DNA of 64,000 bases from Chrysomallon squamiferum. Lineage: Eukaryota > Animalia > Mollusca. A program made the position numbers and the translations under genes. Positions 53,594-64,000 of the stretch are shown in pieces (position 1 is the first letter of the stretch; each line of letters starts with the position of its first letter). The stretch is from the NCBI GenBank assembly GCA_012295275.1, contig CM022675.1, positions 12,400,001 to 12,464,000 of the forward strand. Direction: 5' to 3'. The notes beneath the pieces were generated by a model, which had not been told where the DNA came from, did not search any database, and worked only from the letters and a program-made list of their open reading frames with translations.

Positions 53594-55712
53594 AACACAC
53601 ACACATGGACATTTTTTTTTTTGTTAGGATTATTAGTGATCAATGATGATTAAAGAAATACACACAGTCAAAAGATGTGCACTTACCTGAACTCACCTGA
53701 ACTCACCTGAACTTTAAAAGAGAAATTAAAATACTTATGTCCTAAGGCAGCAGAGCTATTAACATACTGACTGACATAGAATACAGCTCACCTCTGTCCA
53801 CTTCCATCACCTGCTATCACCAACATGAAAACCTGTGTGTTTCAATTTGTGTAAGACAGAAAACTAAAATGCATCAGTCCATTATATATTCACATTTGTC
53901 TTGATGCCTCCTGTGATGCAGGAGGAATTTACAAAAAAAACCAATGATTATTCACTTTGTTGTTGTTATTACTATTTTATATTTGTTTATTCATAGATAT
54001 GACAGTTTTATAACAGAGTGGGTTTTTTTTGTTTTTTTTTTGTTGTTTTTGTTTTTGCTTTTTTTAATTCATGAACAAATTTCAAACTTTTTTACCAACT
54101 TTGTTTCATAAAATTTTGGGAAACTATACTGTGATTTTATAGAAATATTGAGTCAAATTATTATTATTATTATTTTAGTGTTTTTTTTGTATTCAAACAT
54201 CAGTGTTTGTGGAAATATTTGTATTTTTCTATCTGATTTTTAAAACTTCTTTCTTTTGCTGCTTTTCTTTTATAAATTTATTTTATATTTTTTTTATCTA
54301 ACATTCCTATCTTTTTCTCATTGTTATTAATTAATTAATTATTTTTATTATTATTATTTGTTATTTTATATTTATGTAATATATTTATATAGTTCTTTCT
54401 TTCTTTAAATAAATAATTGTTTATTTATTATTTATTTTTATTAATACATTTGTATTTATTTATTTTATTTTGTTTTATGTCTATATTTATTTATTTTACA
54501 TCTTGTAAAAGCTGCTGCTAACTATTCTGAACTGAACAAACTGTGAAGATGATTGCTGTCTGACTTTCCAGTAATTACAAACCTTCGCCACTGAAAATAT
54601 TTAGATAATTTCATTAACCTGTTTACTGAAAATATAATAGAGTTGTCTGCCCGGCAAAAGATGGAGGCAGTAATTGTTTCTGTGTTTATCCAATGTTAAA
54701 GCAATAACACAGAGAAGAAAAAGTTGTTTCAAGATTGCTAATTCAGGAAATTAGCTCTGCAGGGTCTGGTCTCAGTGAAGGGTTCTGTTTTTCAGGATGG
54801 AGTTGGGTTGCATTACATTCCTGGTTGTAAAAAGAAAATGTTTCTGATTATAGAAGAAGGCTTGTCATTATAAAAAAAGTAATAACAACAACGAAATGAT
54901 GATGATGATAATAAAATAATAATAATGATGTTGATGATAATAAAATAATAATAATGGTGTTGATGATAATAATAATAATAGTAACAAAACAATAATAGTA
55001 AAATAATAACAATAACAAAAAATATAGAAAAAATAAAACAACAACTCCTTAATTCAATAAGTATTGCTTTAAAAATATAATAATAATAAAAAAAATATAT
55101 ATATATATAATGAAATGAAATGAAATAAAAAAATTAAATAAAATTAAATAAAATTAAATAAATAAATAAATAAATATAATAAATAAATAAATGAATAAAT
55201 GAATGAATGAAATAAAATAAATTCTACTAAAACTTCTACTAAAAATCCTAATATTATATACATCACTGTTTCACTGACAAGCAGTTCATATTCAAATAAT
55301 AAAAATAATTAAGCAACACAAATAAATCCACTTTTTGTTTTTTACTTTTCTTCTTCTATTTTTTTTTTCCCATGTGGCAGTAATCTTCGACATTTAAAAA
55401 AAAATAGTATTTTAAATCTAAGCCAAGTGTCTCTATTATCCCCTTCTAAACTTAAAAATAACATTGACAAAACAATGAACTAAAGATGTGTTTAAACAAA
55501 CATTGCTTTCCTTCTTAAAATAACAGACAGCTAAAGTAAGATGGAACATTTTTTGTTTTGTTTTGAACAGTTTTAACAGCTGTAGGCAGATTTTTCTACT
55601 TAAATATGACTGGTACACACAGACACAATGTGTTATGTGTAGTTCATTTATTTATTTATCAATTCATTCTTCATATTGTTCTTTTTCTTATTATTATTAT
55701 TACTATTATTAC

Positions 55713-55752
<40 letters not shown>

Positions 55753-55934
55753 AGTAGTGGTAGTAGTACTGTTACTTTAATTTTTATTATTATTTTATTA
55801 TTAATAACATAAAAAATATATATAATAATAGCAAAGAAATTAATATACTTTTAGCACATTTTGTTGTTTTCAGTTTTCAGTTACATTGTTTAGTATAATA
55901 ATATCTGAAAGAAGAATATTGTTTATCCACATAG

Positions 55935-56370
55935 TAAGAAGCCTTTTATTAGCACCTTCCCATAAACAGCAGAGTGCATAAAACAACCTTCAGTATCTTC
56001 CTTGCATGCAGGACAGCACAAACCATTGCCTTTGACATCTTTCTATATACATTTCATGGCCTTAAGTGTCTTTACATATACATTTAATGGTCTTAAGTGT
56101 CTTTCATACATAGATTTCACAGCCTTCTCATAAACATTTCATATACTTTGGTGGTGCCTTTCCAGATATATTTTATATACTTGGTGCCTTTACTTGTATA
56201 TTTCATATTCTTTTGGTGCCTTTTTAGAGACATTTCATGTGTTTTGATTCCTTACATCAGAGATAACCTTAAGTATGATATCATCAGTGGAAACGCTGGA
56301 ACGGGAAATAACGAAACTTGTACTCTAAGGAGAATTGATCCTGGAAGCCAGTGAACTACTAGCACTCTGT
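55935..56370 (-). mobile_element. Decayed minus-strand SINE copy split by a degenerate ~30-bp tandem repeat
   Basis: CTTTTATTAGCACCTTCCCATAAACAG and CAGGACAGCACAAACCATTGCCTTTG are reverse complements of the 23.0-kb SINE body. GCTGGAACGGGAAATA...GAATTGATCC (56294-56341) matches the head side. Confidence 0.55.
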
Positions 56371-56916
56371 CAGTGAGTGCAGTCTGAGTTCAGACAAACG
56401 TGAGATGATTTGCCAGAACTGAAAAATCACGTCAGACAGATGTGTATTAGTTATTTTCTCAAACATGTGTAGCATGGCGTGAAGCCAGAACGTCTTCAGG
56501 TAAATCACGTCATACCTCTGAACCGTGAACTGCTCTTCACTGCCTCTCCTCTCTCAAACGTTGTTTGCTTTGCTGCTGCAGCTGGCACAGAATGACAAAT
56601 GTGTTCATTGCCCCAAACCTCACAAATACTTTTCTTTATTACTGTTATTATTATTTAGTCTTCGTGCTTGTCTTCTGTAGGTATGTAAAAACAATACAAA
56701 CAGAAGTGTGTGTATATGTGTGTGTAAGTATGTATGTATGTATGATGGATGATGTATGTATGATGTATGCATGTATGATGTATGTATGTATGTATGTATG
56801 ATGTATATATGTACATTTGTATATAATAACAAACAAGAACAGTACTACTACTACTAATAATAATAATAACAGCAGCAACAACAAATAAATAAATATAAGA
56901 ACAATAATTAAATATA

Positions 56917-56967
<51 letters not shown>

Positions 56968-57377
56968 ACAAATAAATAAATAAACAGATCTATAGATATT
57001 TCTCACTTCTGTTTTCTTCATTACGTGTGTTCTTCGTGTGGCTTCCTTGTAGTTGAGTGTAAACAAATTCTGTTATAGCAATTAAGATACAAAAACGTGT
57101 ATTTTGTACTTTACAATGTTTTTCTTTAGTTGTTATTTTTTACTTTCATTTAACATTTTTTTTTTTTTCTCTCTTACTTTTTGCAAACATTTTTTTTATC
57201 TGTTACCATAAAACCTTAAATAATATTTCTGTCATAACTGATTGTATTTCTTCTCCACAAGACCTATGTAAAATAGAAAATGCAATGAAACAACAAAAAC
57301 TTATAACATATTTTTTCCTTATAATATTTTGTGTATTATATTTATTAATTACTGATTTTTTTTTTGTCTTCTGTAAG

Positions 57378-57650
57378 TAATGCTTTCATACTTTCTCAGA
57401 ATTCTTGCAGTAAATGCTTACATACTTTCTCAGAATTCTTGCAGTAAATGCTTACATATATTCTCTGAAATCTTGTAGAGAATGCTTATATGGATTCTGA
57501 AAATTCCTGCAAGAAATACTTACATAGTTTCTCAAAATTCCTTCAAGGAATCCTTACAGTTTCTTAAAATTCTTAAACAGCTAGTTTCTCAAAATTCGTA
57601 TAAGGAAAGATGTAAAAAAAAATGCTTACATGGTTTCTCAAAATTTGTGC
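57378..57650. repeat. Degenerate ~34-bp tandem repeat (AAATGCTTACATACTTTCTCAGAATTCTTGCAGT)
   Basis: Two near-identical copies followed by progressively diverged copies. Confidence 0.8.
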
Positions 57651-58291
57651 AACTTTTATATAATTACTAATAATGTTTACATAGTTTACATTTTTATTTA
57701 TTTATTTTTTTAAACTGATTTTTGTTTTTCAAAACCTTGTATTTAAAAGTGTCTGTCTGAAACTGTGACAATGATATTAGTGATAGAACAGTTTGAGATT
57801 AGTACTGGTCCTGTGATGATGCCCAATCTAAATCAGTTGTCAGACCTTCTGAAATCAGTTTTGTAGACATTTTTTGAAAATCACAGGACATGAATCAGTT
57901 TATCACTGACTAAGTGCACTCTCTGTACTGATTCTTGGCCTTTTAGACCAAGTCAAATTTTCACCTTTTTTTTTTTTTAACAGGATCCCATAATTTGTTA
58001 ATTATACAGTTATCTGGAATGAAATCTCCTGTAAACTGTGTAATTTTGACACTAAAATGAGCTCACTTTGACAAACAGCTCATAAAAAAAAGGTAGCAAT
58101 TCAAGCAAGAAATGGAAATGGTTGCTTGTACATGGTATTTAATACTCCTGCCAATTTCTGTAAAAAACGGTGTTTATCAGTGTATCACAGCAAAAAGTTT
58201 AACTTGCAGTGCGATAACCAGGAACTGTATAGGAATGCACACAAAAAAAAAAAAAAAAAAATTATAGTAATAAATAAAAAAATTATAGTAA

Positions 58292-58330
<39 letters not shown>

Positions 58331-58431
58331 AACAAAATAAATCAGAGATTGTGTTATATTACTATGAAGAACTAGGAAAAAGAAAATCATGATCATTTTA
58401 ACAGTATTATTATTACTACTACTGTTTCTAC

Positions 58432-58491
<60 letters not shown>

Positions 58492-59902
58492 CAGTGTGAG
58501 TAGTAGTAATGATTTAAATGGTTGTAGCAGAAGCAGTAGTGGAGGTAGTGGTGGTGGAGAGTGTTGATGGAGGCAAGTGGTACTTGTAAGCTTATAAATT
58601 AGGAAATTAACTTTAAAAATTATTTTTATCACCCTTATTGTGTTACATACCACATTTTATTTATTTGTTTTTTATTTATTTAGCACATGAAGTGTTAAGT
58701 TAACAAAAAAACTAAATTAATCTAACTGATTATCCAAATTAGACTTGATAGCAGTAATTCATTTAAATGATGTATGATTATGTACAGATAATGAAATATA
58801 TCTTATAATAAACACAAACTCATTTATTTTTAATAGGGAATAAAAAGTTAGACTAGGATGCCAATTCAATTAGTGTCATATTTTTTAGCTGATAATTCTG
58901 TTTCTATATAAATTTCAAGAGCTAATCTGCTAAGTAAATAAAAAAATACCAGAATTTTCAGTTTTGATATGATTTTTTGATGATTTCTAAATTATTTCAG
59001 ACTTTATTACTGGCAAACACTGGTTTAAGAAAAAACATAACAAAATACTGGAAATATTCAGATAACTAAATTCTTTGTAGCAATGTGTCTGTTCTTGAGA
59101 CATGCAAAAAAAAATTCAAACTTTAATATTAATAAAGGTTGTTTTTCAGTAACAAAAAATAAAATAAAAATAAAAACTCTTTCAGTCTTTACTTTTTAAC
59201 ATTTTGTAGACATGTATTTTTTATAAACTTTATTACTAACAAAGTCTGGTTTTCAGTTCATATTTAAAAAAAAAAAAAAATGAAGAATATAAAACAGTTT
59301 ACAAAAGTATACTTTAGAATTTATATTAATTCCATCAGAATAAATATACATTTTAAAAATTCTTCTTCTTCCTTTTATATTATTTCATACTTTGTTATTA
59401 ACAAAAATAGTGGTCAGAAATATTTTAAATAATTCAGAACTGTATCAAAATAAAATATACTAAAACTAAAAGGCTTAGAAGTATAGACTAGGTATTTAGA
59501 ATACTTGTTCACATAAGTATACATAAACACTAATGTACTACTTGATGGATTTGGTCAACCCATGGTAGGCGTACTTAAACACAGTGAGTCATCCTTAACT
59601 CTTGACATCTGCAATGAGCAGTGGTGAAACAGTTCATTTTCTTCCATTCAAGTCATTTAGCTGAGTTTTCTTAGTCTTCTCAAGAACAGCAAATTGAGTG
59701 ACATAAGCTGTGCAGTAACATGTTGGTGTGACAAAAACATGCAAATTGGAATCAGTTAAATCTGTGTATTTGATATCACGTTTCACTGACATTTCTCACC
59801 CCATCTCTAATGTTGACAGTAAGTGCCGTGCCACATGTTGTTTGTTCTGCATACTCTGTTATTTAGTGATAGTTATTGATCAGTTTGACAGGGCAGCTTC
59901 TT

Positions 59903-59956
59903 GTAGCTCAGTGGTTAGAGCTGTTTTCACGAGTGAGCGGGTCCAGGATCATTCCT
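59903..59956 (+). mobile_element. tRNA-derived SINE head fragment (A-box/B-box-like), not a functional tRNA
   Basis: GTAGCTCAGTGGTTAGAGC ... GGTCCAGGATCATTCC; no acceptor stem and no intact TTCGA T-loop. Confidence 0.55.
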
Positions 59957-61749
59957 CCATACTGAATAATGTGTATTAGTGACATCTTAGTATCAGTAAT
60001 ACTAAAAAAATAATATAACTTTTAAAATTTACTTTTGTTTGTTTAGTGACCAAATTCACTGTGATGTTTCCAGTGATGCTGGAAGAATTTTCATAATTTC
60101 CCATTCCAGACAAAGCTTCGCGATAAGCATATCAAAACTTATTTCTGGGTATTTCATGATTCTGGGAAGGTCCTTGTGAAAAAACCTCTTAATGCTAAAC
60201 AAAGTATCATATATTGTGATAACATGTTGTTGTTACTGTTATTATTGTTTTTGTGGCTAATATGATTTTTGTTATTATTATTATTATTATTATGTAGTCA
60301 TATTACTGTCTGAGACCTGAAAATATTTTTATTAACTATTTTTATATATATTTATTACTTAATTTTAAAAAAAATAAGGCAAAATTTAAAAAAAACAAAA
60401 AAAACAACAAAACAATAATAGGACACAAAAGTTTATAAAATTAGTACCTGTCTGTTACCTACAAGTAAATAAATAAATCATCAGGTCTCGTTGCTGGTTT
60501 ACAGAAAGCAGCAAGTTTTACACCTTGTCAGTATTATACACAGCTTCTCCTTTATTCATCTTCACCAGTTTTAAATATTTGTTCAGTGATAATGAGAGAT
60601 CAGTTTGCAGTGATAAAGAGAATTTCTAAGTTTGACACTTCTCTTTTACCTGCTCAAAGACAGTTAACTTACTGACAGCAGTAATTACTGCCAGGTAACA
60701 GGAATCCAGCCAGAGTGTTTTAATGTAAGTTATAAAACTTGTGAAGGTTGCCCTGCCAGTCAGACTGAGTACGGGAATCAATACATGGAACTGATGAAGA
60801 TTTTGCACGTTAGAAACACTTTTAAAATTTAAAACACTTGATAAGTTCTTTTTTAACATTTGTATTGCTATTTCTGCTGCTGTTATCATTATGATAATGC
60901 AAATGATGCTTATTATTGTTATTAGTTATTGTCATTTCTACTACTACTACAGTTACTACTACTACTACTACTGCTACTTCTACTACTACTGCTGCTACTA
61001 CTACTACAGTTACTATTACTACTACATCTACTACTACTGCTACTTCTACTACTACTTCATCTACTGCTACTGCTATTGATACTACTACTACTACATGATT
61101 TTTAAGAATTTTTTTATTTTTTTTTTATTTTTTTTTTTTTTTGTTTTTTTATAACAAATATTTCTGTATCAATCATGTTACAAATTGCCTTAGGGATTGA
61201 AATTTTTGACAACAATATTAAAAAATATAACTATGCAGTTGCAGTAGTTGTAGATGTAAAATCTGCTTACCTGTTTAAATGGCTGTAGACATTTTTCTTC
61301 ATTATTCATAATTTAACTCAGCACAGACGGGTAAGTGTGAATATTTAAAATAAATTCACTAAAAGTCAGTGACACCTGTTAATTGATTACCTGTGTCAGC
61401 CAGGTGAGAGACAGGTAAAAGTAAGATAGATTCTTGTCTGCTCTTGCTTTTAGTTCTGTCCAGTTTTCTTTAATTATCATAAAAGCTTTTAACTTTTCAG
61501 GTAGCTCTTGAATACATCAAGCATAAGTACATAAATTTCTGTGTGTGTAGAGGATGTACAAAATGTTCATTCTGTGAAAACAAATTTTTAATGTGTGTGA
61601 TTGGTATGTAGATAGAAAGTGAATGAGAATGAGTGAGATGAAAAGATTGTTAAGTAATTTTTTTTTAAAAGAAAAAAACAGAAAATGAAAAGACAGTGTT
61701 AGAAGTACACACACACACACACACACACAGACACACACATACACACAAA

Positions 61750-61814
<65 letters not shown>

Positions 61815-61851
61815 ACACAGACACACACTTGAATACACACACAGACATACA

Positions 61852-61889
<38 letters not shown>

Positions 61890-62566
61890 CTAACACACAT
61901 GAACACATACATACAGGAAGATGCATACACATATACAGAAAGACACAAACACATGCAGACACATAGACACTCACACACACACACACACTCACACACACAG
62001 ACACATACACACACACAGTCACACACATACATGAACACATACATATAGGAAGATGCATACACATATACAGAAAGACACAAACACATGCAGACATATATAC
62101 AAATACAGCCCAGAAACTCATTTACACACAGACACACACTGATACAGATATACACATACACAGACACACACTCATACAGATAGATATACACATACACAGA
62201 CACACTCATACAGATATACACATACACAGAAAGAAACAGAGAGTGGGGGAGGAAGGGGGAGAGGGGTAGTTAAACATGTGTGTGTTAAACCTGCTGAACA
62301 TGCATGAAAAACAAATTTTGTTCTTCAACAAATAAAATAAAATGGGAGTAGTGACAATATCACAACAGCAAGTTTGTGATGTGTATCACAACAGTAAGTT
62401 TGTGATGCAAGACAATTCAGAATTGATGAGAATATTTTAATATAATTAAATAATCTATTTCATTAGCATCAGCTTGTGTAGACTTTTTGCATCAGTTTTT
62501 TTTTTTCAGTGTTTAACTCTAATTGCATGTTTAAAACATATTTATTTCATATTATTATTATTTTTA

Positions 62567-62606
<40 letters not shown>

Positions 62607-62654
62607 TATCATTATTTTCAATATATCATTATTATTATATTAGTATTATTACAA

Positions 62655-62700
<46 letters not shown>

Positions 62701-63479
62701 GATTATTATTGTTGTTGTTGTTTTATTATTATTATTATTATTTACAGATGTGAAGTTACACTCAGTAAAGAAGAATACAGAAATATTTTTAAAACTGTAA
62801 GTACAAAATTTTACATTCTGATTTTATAATTAAAATACATGCATCAACAATCGCAGTAACAGCATCAACAGCTGCAATGGAACAGCATCATCACCCTGAC
62901 TGACAACACCATTATAAAAACCTTTCAGAAAATTGTATAAAGGAAGAAATGTCAGGAAAATTTTGAATTCACAAGAATTTTTTTCAGAATCTGTTTTTGT
63001 TAATTTCTGTTTTACAAAAGATGGATGTTTAAATGATTAAGACAATGAAATAAGATGTTAGAATAGAGATAATAATAACTTTAAAATAGATAGAACTCTG
63101 TTGTGCTTTTCATTTATTAACTTGGTTATCATCGATGTAGTTCATTTTAATCTGAGAGGCACAAAAAATAGAGTTTAATATTAAACTGCTGAATATTAAA
63201 CCAAAAAAAATTAATATTGCTTTGTCTGTAAAACTCAGCCAATTTCGTTTCAACAAGGTATTTTTATTTTTTTTGTTGTTTTTGGAAATCTTTGGGTTTT
63301 TTAAAATTATTTTTTGTTTATTCAATTTTGTTTTCTAACTTGTGGTTTAAGACTGAATACATTGTCTATGGAAATCAGAAAAAATCTCCATTTTAATTAA
63401 TTTCACTCGATTAAGTTAAATGAAGCTGAAAGTGAAAAATGAATTATCTCAAAACTCATGTTCAGATCTGCTGTAGACT

Positions 63480-64000
63480 ATTTGCATAAGGTACTGTTAT
63501 TTACATAAGATTTACATAGGACATATAGCAGAAGAGTTCTGTTATAAGAGTTATTTGGGTTCAGTGTCATGTGACAGAAGTTTAATAATTTAGGAGCCAT
63601 TTGTAACCTTTCTATGTATATATATGTTTGTAAAGAGCTCTGATTCAGTTGACCTTGAAAAGGAGCTTTCAGTTGTAATTAGAGTTTCTGAATAGTCACA
63701 AAGTACAGAGCTTTGTGGAATAACAGTTTTTATAAAGGAGTTCTGACTACAAAGTTTTATGAAAGAGTTCCACTTTGTTACAGGAGTTTTTATAAAGGTT
63801 TCTAAGGTAATATTTTATTAATGAAGGAACTATATGATAAATGAAGGAGCTCAGTGATATAGGAATCTTATATAGGAACAGGTTTTATGAGTTTTTATAA
63901 AGGAGCTTTATAAGGTTTTTAAAGGAGTTCTATAATATAGGAGTTTATAAAGGAACTCTATGGACAGGTTTTTAAAGGAGTTTTTATAAAGGAGCTTTAT
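63480..64000. repeat. Degenerate low-complexity repeat based on TTTATAAAGGAG(T/C)T, running off the window end
   Basis: Motif recurs many times with variable spacing. Confidence 0.75.

Noticed and set aside
59895-59965. tRNA gene
   Set aside because: The D-arm-like 5' part is present, but there is no complementary acceptor stem or canonical T-loop; better explained as a SINE head.

Overview
AT-rich, microsatellite-dense animal genomic DNA. A SINE family recognised from memory suggests a mollusc or other lophotrochozoan; this is inference. The only protein-coding gene I can identify is the 5' end of molybdenum cofactor sulfurase (MOCOS/ma-l/ABA3 family) on the minus strand. Its first coding exon (9031-9145) and a 157-bp exon (378-534) join in frame across an 8.5-kb GT-AG intron, and neither appears in the supplied ORF track. 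A CpG-retaining region at about 8.65-12.45 kb looks like a divergent promoter and contains a small hAT-type MITE with a perfect 8-bp target-site duplication. The remaining ~51 kb has no recognisable coding exon. It looks like the uORF-rich leader and very large first intron(s) of an unidentified plus-strand gene. It holds many minisatellites, decayed SINE copies and several compact clusters of repeated transcription-factor-like motifs. Nearly all supplied ORFs are translations of simple repeats. I found no firm evidence of a new biological system. The best leads are the CAGGTR and TATTGAT/TGACA clusters, the promoter and leader architecture, and candidate non-canonical splicing or initiation signals.
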